Shown: positions 8,855-18,500 of the stretch, in pieces | Layout of the letters: each line of letters begins with the position of its first letter | Position numbering within the stretch: the stretch's first letter is position 1 | Assembly: GCA_964501335.1 (NCBI GenBank) | Contig: CAZCTC010000036.1 | Span: 8,224 to 72,223 of the forward strand | Source: an uncultured Anaerolineales bacterium | GTDB lineage: Bacteria > Chloroflexota > Anaerolineae > B4-G1 > SLSP01 | Direction: 5' to 3' | DNA: 64,000 nucleotides | Made by a program: the position numbers and the translations under genes | Notes under the pieces: model-generated | Databases searched by the model: none | What the model was told of the DNA's origin: nothing | What the model saw: the letters and a program-made list of their open reading frames with translations, nothing else

Positions 8855-9589
8855 ATGATTGAAGTTCACGATCTTCACAAAAAATTCGGCTCCGTTCAGG
8901 CCCTTCAGGGGGTCTCCTTCTCCGCCCCTGACGGTCAAATCACTGGACTGCTCGGCCCCAACGGTGCCGGCAAAACCACCACCCTGCGCATCCTCTACAC
9001 CGTGCTCCAACCCGACCAGGGCCTGGTCACCATCGACGGCATCGATGTACTGAAAGCTCCCCGCGCCGCCCAGGAACGGCTCGGCGCCCTGCCCGACAGC
9101 ACCGGCCTCTATCCCCGGCTGACCACCCGCGAAAACATTCGCTACTACGGGCGCCTGCATGGACTCAAAGGCGCGGCCCTCGAACAGGCCATCGACCAGA
9201 TGATCAAACTCCTGGAAATGGATTCGATCGCCGACCGTCGCACAGAAGGCTTCTCTCATGGGGAACGGCTCAAGGTCGCCATTGCCCGCGCCCTGATCCA
9301 CAGCCCGCAGAATGTCCTCCTCGACGAACCGACCAACGGCCTCGATGTCATGAGCACCCGCAATATGCGCACGCTGATCCGTCGGCTGCGCGACGAGGGC
9401 AAAACGATCCTCTTCTCCAGCCACATCATGCAGGAAGTCTCCGCCCTCTGCGATCACATCGTCATCATCGCCCACGGCCAGGTCGCCGCCGGCGGCTCTT
9501 CCGAGGAACTCCGCAAACTCACCGGGCAGGAAACCCTGGAAGATGCCTTTGTCCGCATTATCGGCTCGGAGGAGGGCCTGGAACGATGA
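8855..9589 (+). CDS. ABC transporter ATP-binding protein
   Basis: ATG at 8855 after GGGAGG. Walker A GPNGAGKTT, signature LSGGEQ-like motif, Walker B LLDEP. The ORF-track 108-aa N-terminal extension overlaps the upstream gene and was rejected. Confidence 0.85.
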   Translation: MIEVHDLHKKFGSVQALQGVSFSAPDGQITGLLGPNGAGKTTTLRILYTVLQPDQGLVTIDGIDVLKAPRAAQERLGALPDSTGLYPRLTTRENIRYYGRLHGLKGAALEQAIDQMIKLLEMDSIADRRTEGFSHGERLKVAIARALIHSPQNVLLDEPTNGLDVMSTRNMRTLIRRLRDEGKTILFSSHIMQEVSALCDHIVIIAHGQVAAGGSSEELRKLTGQETLEDAFVRIIGSEEGLER

Positions 9590-10761
9590 TCGAACGGATC
9601 TGGATTGTCTGCAGCAAAGAAGTCATCGACAACCTGCGCGATCGGCGCACGCTGCTGGGAGCCCTCTTCTACCCGCTGCTCGGCCCGCTGCTGATGGCGC
9701 TGCTCTTCACCATCATCGGCCAGACCGCCACCACCCAGTATGAAAAACCGCTCCAGTTGCCCATCGTCGGCGCGGAAAATGCCCCTATCCTGGTACAATA
9801 CCTTTCGCAAAACAACACCACCATCCTGCCGGCCCCGGCCGATCCCGAAGCCGCCGTCCGCGCCGGGGATTACGATGTCATCTTGATCATTCCCCCGGAT
9901 TATGTGGAAGACTTCACCGCCGGCCGGCCCGCCACCGTGCGGCTGATCCTCGATAATTCCCGGCAATCTTCCGATGTCGCCATCCGCCGGGCCCAACAAT
10001 TGCTCAAAGGCTACAGCCAGCAGATCAGCGCCCAACGGCTGCTGGTTCGCGGCATCGATCCCGGCATCACCCAGGCCCTGGCCATCGAAGAAGCCGATGT
10101 CGCCACCCCCCAAAGCCAGGCCGCCATGTTCCTCAACATCATGCCCTACTTCATCATCTTCTCGGTCTTCATCGGCGGCATGTACCTCGCCATCGATACC
10201 ACGGCCGGCGAACGCGAACGCGGCTCTCTGGAACCCTTGCTGATCAACCCGGTCCGCCGCAGTGAACTGGTGCTCGGCAAACTGGGGGCCACCTCCTTCT
10301 TCACCCTGATATCAATTCTGGAAACGCTGATTGCCTTCTACATCATGCTCAACCGCCTGCCCACCGAATCTTTCCACGTCAAAATCAGCCTCAATGCCGC
10401 AGCCTTTGGAGAAATCCTGCTCATCTCGCTGCCCATGATCCTGCTGGCCGCCTCGCTCCAGATCATCATCGCCACCTTCACGCGCAGCTTCAAAGAGGCC
10501 CAGAATTATCTCTCCTACCTGCCCTTGATTCCGGCCCTGCCCGGTATGATCCTGGCCTTTATGCCGCTCAAAATCCAGCTCTGGATGATGTTGATTCCGA
10601 CCTTCGGCCAGCAATTGCTCATCAACCAGGTCATGCGCGGCGAGATCCCCGACCCGCTCCATAGCTGGACCGCCGCCGTCGTCACCCTGATCGCAGGCAT
10701 TGCCCTCACCGTCGGCGCGATCCGTCTTTATCAACGGGAACAGGTGCTTTTCGGTCGGTAA
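9586..10761 (+). CDS. ABC-2 family permease (NatB-like)
   Basis: ATGA overlap with the ATPase gene. Six or more TM segments and a large extracytoplasmic loop after TM1. Confidence 0.75.
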   Translation: MIERIWIVCSKEVIDNLRDRRTLLGALFYPLLGPLLMALLFTIIGQTATTQYEKPLQLPIVGAENAPILVQYLSQNNTTILPAPADPEAAVRAGDYDVILIIPPDYVEDFTAGRPATVRLILDNSRQSSDVAIRRAQQLLKGYSQQISAQRLLVRGIDPGITQALAIEEADVATPQSQAAMFLNIMPYFIIFSVFIGGMYLAIDTTAGERERGSLEPLLINPVRRSELVLGKLGATSFFTLISILETLIAFYIMLNRLPTESFHVKISLNAAAFGEILLISLPMILLAASLQIIIATFTRSFKEAQNYLSYLPLIPALPGMILAFMPLKIQLWMMLIPTFGQQLLINQVMRGEIPDPLHSWTAAVVTLIAGIALTVGAIRLYQREQVLFGR

Positions 10762-10773
10762 AGGAGGTTGCTT

Positions 10774-12327
10774 ATGGCTGACCCCATCGTTGAAATCCGC
10801 AACGGCAAAATCCGTGGCGCTCTGGATCAGAGCGTCTACAGCTTCAAAGGCATCCCCTACGGCGGCCCGACCTCCGGCGCAGGGCGGTTCAAACCGCCGG
10901 TCCCGGCCGCTCCCTGGACAGAGGTGCGCGACGCCTTAAGCTATGGGCCCAGTTGCCCCCAACCCGGCGGACCGGTTCTCAATATGACGCCGGAAATCTC
11001 CGCCGTTTTCGACCGCGATGAAACCCCGCCCCAGAACGAAAACTGCCTTTATTTGAATGTCTGGACGGCGGGGCTCAACGACGGCGGTCATCGTCCCGTC
11101 ATGGTCTGGATTCACGGCGGCGCTTTCTTCGTCGGCTCCGGCTCCGGGAAACTCTATGCCGGCGACGCCCTGGTCCGCAAAGGCGACGTCGTCGTCGTGA
11201 CGGTAAACCATCGGCTGGGCCCTCTGGGCTACCTGCACCTCGGCGACCTGGCGGGGGAGGAATTCGCCGCGTCCGGGAACGTGGGCATGCTCGACCTGAT
11301 CCTCGCCCTCGAATGGGTACGCGACAATATCGCCCTCTTCGGCGGCGATCCGCACAACGTGACCCTCTTTGGTGAATCGGGCGGCGGCGCAAAAATCAGC
11401 GTCCTGCTGGCCATGCCGGCCGCACAGGGACTCTTTCACAAAGCCGTCATTCAAAGCGGCCCCGGCCTCTACATGCACGACCGCGAGGCCGCCACCGCCA
11501 CGGCCCGCCAACTGCTCAACCGCATCAACCTCAACCCGCAACGGATGGCTGAAATCCAGCAGGCGCCGGTCGAGCGCCTGCTCGCCGCCCAGGCCGCCGC
11601 CGCCCGCCGAGACGGCTTCTTCATGCTCAAACCCGTCGTCGACGGCACCCTGCTGCCGCACCGCCCCTTCGATCCTATCGCGCCGGCCATCTCCGCCCAC
11701 ATCCCCCTGCTCATCGGCACCACCAAAGACGAAATGAACCTCTTTCTGGGCAAAGTGCCGCTGCTCGGCACCTTCGGCGGCCCTCGCTGGCCGGGCCAAA
11801 TCGCCCTGGAAATTTCTTCCCGGGCAGTACTCGGGCCGGAAGCCGGACCGCGCGTCCTGCAAACCTATCGCTACACCCGTCCCCAGGCCGCCCCCCATGA
11901 AATTTTCTGCGCCGTCGTCACCGATTGGGCAATACGGATCGGTTCAATCCGCATCGCCGAACGGAAAGCGGCCGCCGGCTCCGCCCCGGTCTACATGTAC
12001 CTCTTCGGCTGGGAATCCCCCTACCTGAACGGCCGGCTCAAATCCCACCACGCTCTGGAAATTCCCTTCGTCTTCAACCACATCAACGTCACGCCCTCCA
12101 TGACCGGCCGCCGGCCCGAGTGCTATCCTCTCGCCGAAAAAATGAGCGCCGCCTGGATCGCCTTTGCCCGCAGCGGCAATCCCAACCACCCGGATCTACC
12201 CTTCTGGCCGGCCTACACCTTGAAAGAACGGGCCACCATGCTCTTCAATACCGACTGCCGCGTACAAAACGATCCCGACCGCGAAGAGCGTCTGGCCTGG
12301 ACCGGACTGAAATTACAGGCCATGTAA
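10774..12327 (+). CDS. Carboxylesterase type B (para-nitrobenzyl esterase-like)
   Basis: AAGGAGG at 10761-10767, 6-nt spacer, ATG at 10774. HGGAF oxyanion motif and G-E-S-G-G nucleophile motif. Confidence 0.85.
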   Translation: MADPIVEIRNGKIRGALDQSVYSFKGIPYGGPTSGAGRFKPPVPAAPWTEVRDALSYGPSCPQPGGPVLNMTPEISAVFDRDETPPQNENCLYLNVWTAGLNDGGHRPVMVWIHGGAFFVGSGSGKLYAGDALVRKGDVVVVTVNHRLGPLGYLHLGDLAGEEFAASGNVGMLDLILALEWVRDNIALFGGDPHNVTLFGESGGGAKISVLLAMPAAQGLFHKAVIQSGPGLYMHDREAATATARQLLNRINLNPQRMAEIQQAPVERLLAAQAAAARRDGFFMLKPVVDGTLLPHRPFDPIAPAISAHIPLLIGTTKDEMNLFLGKVPLLGTFGGPRWPGQIALEISSRAVLGPEAGPRVLQTYRYTRPQAAPHEIFCAVVTDWAIRIGSIRIAERKAAAGSAPVYMYLFGWESPYLNGRLKSHHALEIPFVFNHINVTPSMTGRRPECYPLAEKMSAAWIAFARSGNPNHPDLPFWPAYTLKERATMLFNTDCRVQNDPDREERLAWTGLKLQAM

Positions 12328-12410
12328 CATCATTTAAGTTTTACTGCATGCAAAAGATTAGTAAACAGGATTCAGCAGATGACAGATTTTCCACCCATTT
12401 GAGATCTACC

Positions 12411-12442
12411 TGTCTACTGTCTACTTGCTACTGTCTACTTCT
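12411..12442 (+). repeat. TGTCTAC heptad direct-repeat array, 18 bp upstream of phoU
   Basis: cctgtctactgtctacttgctactgtctacttc. Confidence 0.85.
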
Positions 12443-12459
12443 TAAATAAGGAGATCATC

Positions 12460-13122
12460 ATGCGACAAACCTTTGACCGTGAAATGCAAGAAATACAGGA
12501 TGACGTTTTAGCCCTGGGCAGCATGGTCGAAAACGCCCTGATCGAATCCGTCCAGATTTTGCGGGACCGCGATACCGACGGGGCCGAACAGCTGATCGCC
12601 CAGGATCACCTGATCAACGAAAAACGCTTCGCCATTGAAGGCAACTGCCTGGCCCTGATCGCCACCCAACAACCCCTTGCCGGCGATCTCCGCACCCTGG
12701 CCGCCGTCCTCGAAATCACCACCGAGCTGGAACGGATCGGCGACTATGCCAAAGGCATCGCCCGGATCAGCCTGATGCTGGGGCCGGGGCCTCTACCGCA
12801 ACCGCTCCCCCTGGTCCAACAGATGGCCGAAAAAAGCAGCCACATGCTCCACCGCTCCCTGGATGCCTTCATCCGCCGCGATGAATTGCTCGCCCGAGCC
12901 ATTCACAGCGAAGACGATGAAGTGGACGATCTCTATCTGCAAACCTACCGCACCCTCATTGCCCACATCATCGCCGATCCCCAGCTGATCGAACCGATCA
13001 ACTACCTGCTGTGGGTAGCGCACAACCTGGAACGGGCCGCCGACCGCGTCACCAACATCTGCGAGCGCGTCATCTTCACCGTCACCGGTGAGCTTTCCGA
13101 ACTGGACGGCAGCGGCGGCTGA
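12460..13122 (+). CDS. phoU: PhoU-family phosphate signalling protein
   Basis: RBS AAGGAG. Two PhoU repeats (..RIGDYAKGIA.., ..LERAADRVTNI..). Confidence 0.8.
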   Translation: MRQTFDREMQEIQDDVLALGSMVENALIESVQILRDRDTDGAEQLIAQDHLINEKRFAIEGNCLALIATQQPLAGDLRTLAAVLEITTELERIGDYAKGIARISLMLGPGPLPQPLPLVQQMAEKSSHMLHRSLDAFIRRDELLARAIHSEDDEVDDLYLQTYRTLIAHIIADPQLIEPINYLLWVAHNLERAADRVTNICERVIFTVTGELSELDGSGG

Positions 13123-13400
13123 GAAAAATTTCCTCGCGGGCGGCCACATCGGGCCGCCCCTACAAACACGCCACCCATGTAGGGGCGCCCCGGCGTGGGC
13201 GCCCTCCTCTCCCCCCATCCAGCGCATCGCATCAAGCCGAACAAAACCTCCTGCGGGACGCCAATTAAAGTACCGGTTGCGGGACGCTAAAAAAGCTAAC
13301 CGCACAGCTGGCAAACCCTCGTTCCACCATTGCAAAAGCAGCATATCTAAGTAAAATTGAGTTGATTTACCAGCCGTAGTTCCGATAAAAAGCAAATCAA

Positions 13401-14981
13401 ATGATACCATCGGAAAAAGAAACCATCCACGCTCAGTCTCCACCTGCAAAAGAAATGCGGGACATACACAGCCGGTCACATTCCGAACAGGAAAACAGCC
13501 AGCCAGATTCCGACTGCCTGCCACCCCCCATCCCAGAAAATATCCTCCCGGCCCATCTACTCGACGCCATCAACCAGGCCGTCCTCGCCGCCGACACTCA
13601 AGGCCTTATCATCTACAGCAATCGCTACACCGAAATCCTTTTCCACACCGCCATCGCGGAACTACAGGGGCGCAAACTGGCTGACCTGCCGCTGCGGATC
13701 CCCCTCCCGGAATCCCCGGACCAAAAACGACATACCGAAATAGAATTTCAAAATGCCGCCGGGGCAACCTCACTCTACCGCATCAGCGACACCCCGTTTC
13801 TGAATTCAGCCGGCCACCACGCCGGTTGGATTCGCACCATCGACGACATCACCGACAGCGCCGTAGATCACAAGCGCCGCCGCCAGACCGAAGCCGATCT
13901 CAAAGCCAGCCAGCACCGCATGCAGGCCATCTTCGACAATGCCCTCGATGCCATCCTGCTGCTGGACAATCAGGGCCGCCTGATCGAAGTCAATCCTGCC
14001 GCCTGTAAACTCACCGGCTATTCCCATGCCGCCCTGCTGGATCATGCCCTCCAGGAATTCATCGTCTCCGATCTCTCCCCTTCGGCCCACATGTTGTGGG
14101 AACTCTTGATGAAAAAAGGAGAAGCCACCGGAGAATATCGCTTGCGCCGCCAGGACAACAGCCAGGCCTGGGTCGAATATCACGCCGTCGCCAATATCGC
14201 CCCCGGCCTGCATCTGATCGTCCTCAATGACACCACGGGGCGCAAACTGGCCGAAGAAACCCTGGCCCGTCAGGCTCACGAACTGGCCCGCTCCAATGCC
14301 GATCTCGAACAGTTCGCCTACATCGCATCCCACGACCTCCAGGAACCCCTGCGCATGGTCAGCAACTACGTCCAGCTACTGGAACGCCGTTACAAAGATC
14401 GCCTGGATACCGAAGGCCTGGAATTTATCACCCATGCAGTAGACGGGGCCCGCAGAATGCAAAAAATGATCCAGGACCTGCTGGCCTATTCCCGGGTCCA
14501 GACCCGCGGCAATCCCTTCACCCGGGTAGACCTGGAAAAAACCCTCGATCAGGCACTGGCCAACCTCGATCTGGCCATTGAAGAAAACCAGGTCCAACTG
14601 ACCCGCGAACCGTTGCCCACACTCTATGCCGATCCGTTACAGATCCAACAACTCTTCCAAAATCTCATCGGCAATGCCATCAAATTCCACAGCACCACCC
14701 CGCCCCATATCCACATCAGCGCCCACCAGGAAACCAACGAATGGCGCTTTGCCGTTCATGACAACGGAATCGGCATTCCCACCCAATCGATCTACCGGCT
14801 CTTCACCCTTTTCCAACGCCTGAACAGCCGGCAGGAATATCCCGGCACCGGCATCGGCCTGGCCATCTGCAAAAAAATCGTCGAACGTCATGGCGGTCAC
14901 ATCTGGGTAGAATCTCAACCCGGTCAGGGTTCTACATTCTATTTCACCCTTCCACTTAACATGGAACACCACAAGGAATAA
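13401..14981 (+). CDS. Cytoplasmic PAS-domain sensor histidine kinase
   Basis: Two PAS domains, H-box ASHDLQEPLRMV, HATPase N/G boxes. 526 aa. Confidence 0.85.
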   Translation: MIPSEKETIHAQSPPAKEMRDIHSRSHSEQENSQPDSDCLPPPIPENILPAHLLDAINQAVLAADTQGLIIYSNRYTEILFHTAIAELQGRKLADLPLRIPLPESPDQKRHTEIEFQNAAGATSLYRISDTPFLNSAGHHAGWIRTIDDITDSAVDHKRRRQTEADLKASQHRMQAIFDNALDAILLLDNQGRLIEVNPAACKLTGYSHAALLDHALQEFIVSDLSPSAHMLWELLMKKGEATGEYRLRRQDNSQAWVEYHAVANIAPGLHLIVLNDTTGRKLAEETLARQAHELARSNADLEQFAYIASHDLQEPLRMVSNYVQLLERRYKDRLDTEGLEFITHAVDGARRMQKMIQDLLAYSRVQTRGNPFTRVDLEKTLDQALANLDLAIEENQVQLTREPLPTLYADPLQIQQLFQNLIGNAIKFHSTTPPHIHISAHQETNEWRFAVHDNGIGIPTQSIYRLFTLFQRLNSRQEYPGTGIGLAICKKIVERHGGHIWVESQPGQGSTFYFTLPLNMEHHKE

Positions 14982-14987
14982 ACTGTT

Positions 14988-15434
14988 ATGGAAACCATAT
15001 GGAACGACGCTCCTATCGAAATTTTGCTGGTCGAAGATAACCCTGGCGATATCCAGCTCACCCGCGAAGTCTTCAAAGAAGCAAAAATACCCACCCATCT
15101 CCATGTGGTAGAAGATGGTCAATCCGCCATCGACTTCCTCTATCATCGACAGAACTACATCAATGCCCCTCGCCCCGATCTCATCCTGTTGGATCTGAAC
15201 CTGCCCAAGAAAAACGGACTGGAAGTTCTGGCTGAGATCCGTACCGATTCCCTGTTTCGGACCATCCCGATTATCATCCTCACCACCTCTCAATCTGAAA
15301 AAGACATCCTCAAAAGCTATCAACTCCAGGCCAATTGCTTTATCACCAAACCCTTTGGCCTGGAAGAATTCATTGCCGTCGTCCAGGCCATTCGTGATTT
15401 CTGGCTCACCATCGTACAACTTCCATCGCACTAA
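14988..15434 (+). CDS. Single-domain (CheY-like) response regulator
   Basis: RBS AAGGA. LLVEDNPGD, LILLDLNLPKKNG, conserved T/K. 148 aa with no output domain. Confidence 0.85.
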   Translation: METIWNDAPIEILLVEDNPGDIQLTREVFKEAKIPTHLHVVEDGQSAIDFLYHRQNYINAPRPDLILLDLNLPKKNGLEVLAEIRTDSLFRTIPIIILTTSQSEKDILKSYQLQANCFITKPFGLEEFIAVVQAIRDFWLTIVQLPSH

Positions 15435-15445
15435 GGCTGTTAACG

Positions 15446-15490
15446 AAAATTTATATAGTTAACCCGCTTCGAGGGTTAAACCATATAAAT
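15446..15490. promoter_or_regulatory. ~44-bp imperfect palindrome between the CheY-like regulator and the giant kinase
   Basis: aatttatatagttaaccc-gcttcga-gggttaaaccatataaatt. Core 8-bp stem gttaaccc/gggttaac. No U-tract follows. Confidence 0.35.
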
Positions 15491-15513
15491 TCAAGGAACT
15501 CTAAGGAACCATC

Positions 15514-18500
15514 ATGGACCGTCGGCCAATCAATCTGCTGTTGATCGAAGACAATCCCGGCGATGCTCGCCTCTTCCGGGAGCAGTTAACCGACCCTCAA
15601 TCTCTAAATCAAACTTATAAAATCACCTGGGTAACCACCCTGACGGCCGGAATCAACACCCTGACCGGGCAGCCGGTCGATGTCATCCTGTTAGACCTCT
15701 CACTGCCCGACAGCCAGGGATTGGAAACCTTCAACAAAATGCACGAAGCGGCCCCCAAAATCCCCCTGCTTGTCCTGACCGGCCTCTCCGACGAAAATCT
15801 GGCCCTGGAGGCGGTAAGCAAGGGGGCGCAGGATTATCTCGACAAAAACGACATCACCCCCACCCTGCTCAATAAAGCCATCCGCTATGCCATCGAACGC
15901 CAAAAAGCCGAAACGGCCCTCTACCACCGCGAACGACGATTCCGGGCCCTGCTGGAAAACATCTCGGATACCATCTTGATCCTCGACCCGCAAGGCAAAA
16001 TCCAATACCTGACACCTTCCATCCAAACCCTGCTGGGCTATGCCCCCGAAACCCTGCTGAACACCGAAATCTACCCCTTGATCCTTCCGGAAGATCAGGC
16101 CAAATTCCGCCAGGCCCTTACCACCTTGCATCAGGTGCGCTCCCTGCGCCAGGTCATCGAATTACGCATCCAACGAGAAAACGGCACGATTCAGACCCTG
16201 GAAGGTGTTATCCAGAACCAGATGCAAGATCCGGCCGTCGCCGGCTTCATCATCACCCTCCGCGACATCACCCTGCGGAAACGGGCCACCGAAGCCCTGA
16301 CCCATTCCCGCGATTTCCACCTTTCGCTGCTGGAAAACTTCCCCACCCCGATCTGGCGCTCCGGACTGGACGCCAAATGCAACTACTTCAACCGGGCCTG
16401 GCTGGACTTCACCGGCGTCCCCCTGGATCAACAATGGGGAGACGGCTGGCTGGAAACGCTCCATCCCGCCGAACAAAAAAGATATCTGGAAAGCTACCTC
16501 CAGGCGTACCATACCCGTCAACCCTTCGAATTTGAACATCGGCTCCGCCACCGTGACGGAGAATACCACTGGATGGTAAACATTGCTTATCCCTTCAACG
16601 ACCTGGAAGGCGAATTTGCCGGCTATCTGGGATCACTTTACGACATCACCGAACGTAAAAAGACCGAAGAACAGCTCCGGGCCAGTGAAGAACGCTTCCG
16701 CACCCTGGTGGCCTCGCTAGGGGATGTCGTTTTCACCCTCGACCACCGTCGTCGGTTCACCGGCATCTATGGTCCATTCGAAGAACATTTCCAACTCAAC
16801 CCCGCCCGGGCCCTCGGTCACACCCTGGAAGAAATCTTCCCCCAACAACCGCTCACCCCGCATCAGGAAGCCTATAACCGCGCCCTGGCCGGTGCCACGC
16901 GGAGTTACGAATGGGCCATTCCCAATGGACAGAGTTCCCGCCAGTATCAAATCACCCTCTCGCCGCTACGCGATTGTCGAAATCAGGTCGAAGGCGTCGT
17001 CGGCATCATCCACGATATCACCAACCTCAATCAAACCCTGGAAGCCCTGCGGCGGGAACGGGACCTGGTCGCGCGCATCATGGAAACCAGCCCCATCGGA
17101 ATGCTCCTGCTGGACCCCCAGGGCAACATCACCTTCACCAACATCCACGCCGAAACCGTGCTGCGCCTGCCCCCCGGCCCCGACCATCGCCCGCAACTGG
17201 TGGGCAGCCTGCGCCAGATCCTGACCCAAACCCTGGCACAAAACCACCCCCTCTACAACTATCGCACCACCCTCGAAACACTGGGCGGCACCATCCAGAT
17301 CGTCCTGCATGCCGCCCCCATCTTTGACGCGGCCGACAAAATCGAAGCCCTGGTCGTCATGGTCGAAGATATCACCGAACAAATCCGGGCGGAACAAACG
17401 CTCCGCGCCAGTGAAAAGACCTTCCGCGCCCTCTTTGACGGCATCAACCAGGTGATCTTCATCTGTGATACTGAAGGAAAAATTCTGGTCGCCAACGAAA
17501 AAACCTGTCAGAGATTGAATGGCAGCGAAGCGGAGCTGATAGGCTCCAATGTCTTCGACCGATTGCCGCCTGCCGTTGCCCGGTATCGCCGGCAAAAAAT
17601 GCGGGAAGCCATCGAATCCCACCGTTCCCTGCGGTTCGAAGACTTCAACAATGAAGTCTACCTGGAAAGCTATGTCAACCCGCTGCCCGACGCCGACGGG
17701 TGCATCACTCGCGTGGCCATCTTTGGATTTGATCTCACCGAACACCGCAAAACCCTGCAATCCCTGCGCGAACGCGAAGCCCGGCTGCGCGCCATCACCG
17801 AAAATGCCCCCGATTTCATCCTGAAACTTAGCCCGGAGGGAAAAATCACCTTTGTCAATCGAGTCTTCCCGGGACGCACCACCCAGGGACTCATCGATCA
17901 GTCGATCTACACCTACGTGCCGCCGGAATATCACACACTGATCCAAACCAGCCTGGAACAGGCGCTGACATCCAAAGAGACCCACGAATTTGAAGTTCAA
18001 ACCTACGACGAAAATGACGGCCGTCGGTGGTATCGGATCCGCATGGGAGCAATTAACGAAGAACAATTCCCGGGAGTGATCGCCATGGCGTCCGATATCA
18101 CCCACCAGAAAAAACTTTCTGAAAACCTGGCCCGGGAAGCCGCCGCCAATGCCGCCATCGCCGATCTGGGTCCCTTGCTGCTCAGCAACCCCTCACCCGA
18201 CCTGCTATCCGAAAAGATCCTGAGCTGCGTCTGCCGGCTCACCACCAGTACCACCGCCATGACCGGCTATCTCCATCCGGGAAGCCAGGAACTGACAACC
18301 TATGCCTATACCACGCTGCCCGAAACGCCCCATTGTATCCGGTCCACCCGCAACACCCCGTCGCCCGCCTGGCGCTGGATTCTGGACCATCCCCAACCCG
18401 TACTCAGCAACCATCCCGCCACTGAAATTCCATCCCTGAAACTACCTCCCAGCCATCCGGCCATCGACCGCCTGCTGTCGGTCCCGATTGACCTGGACAC

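Noticed and set aside
8531-9589. ABC ATPase with a 108-aa N-terminal extension starting at 8531
   Set aside because: The extension overlaps the upstream hydrolase gene and is Arg/Pro-rich nonsense. The conserved ABC N-terminus begins at the ATG 8855, which has a GGGAGG RBS.
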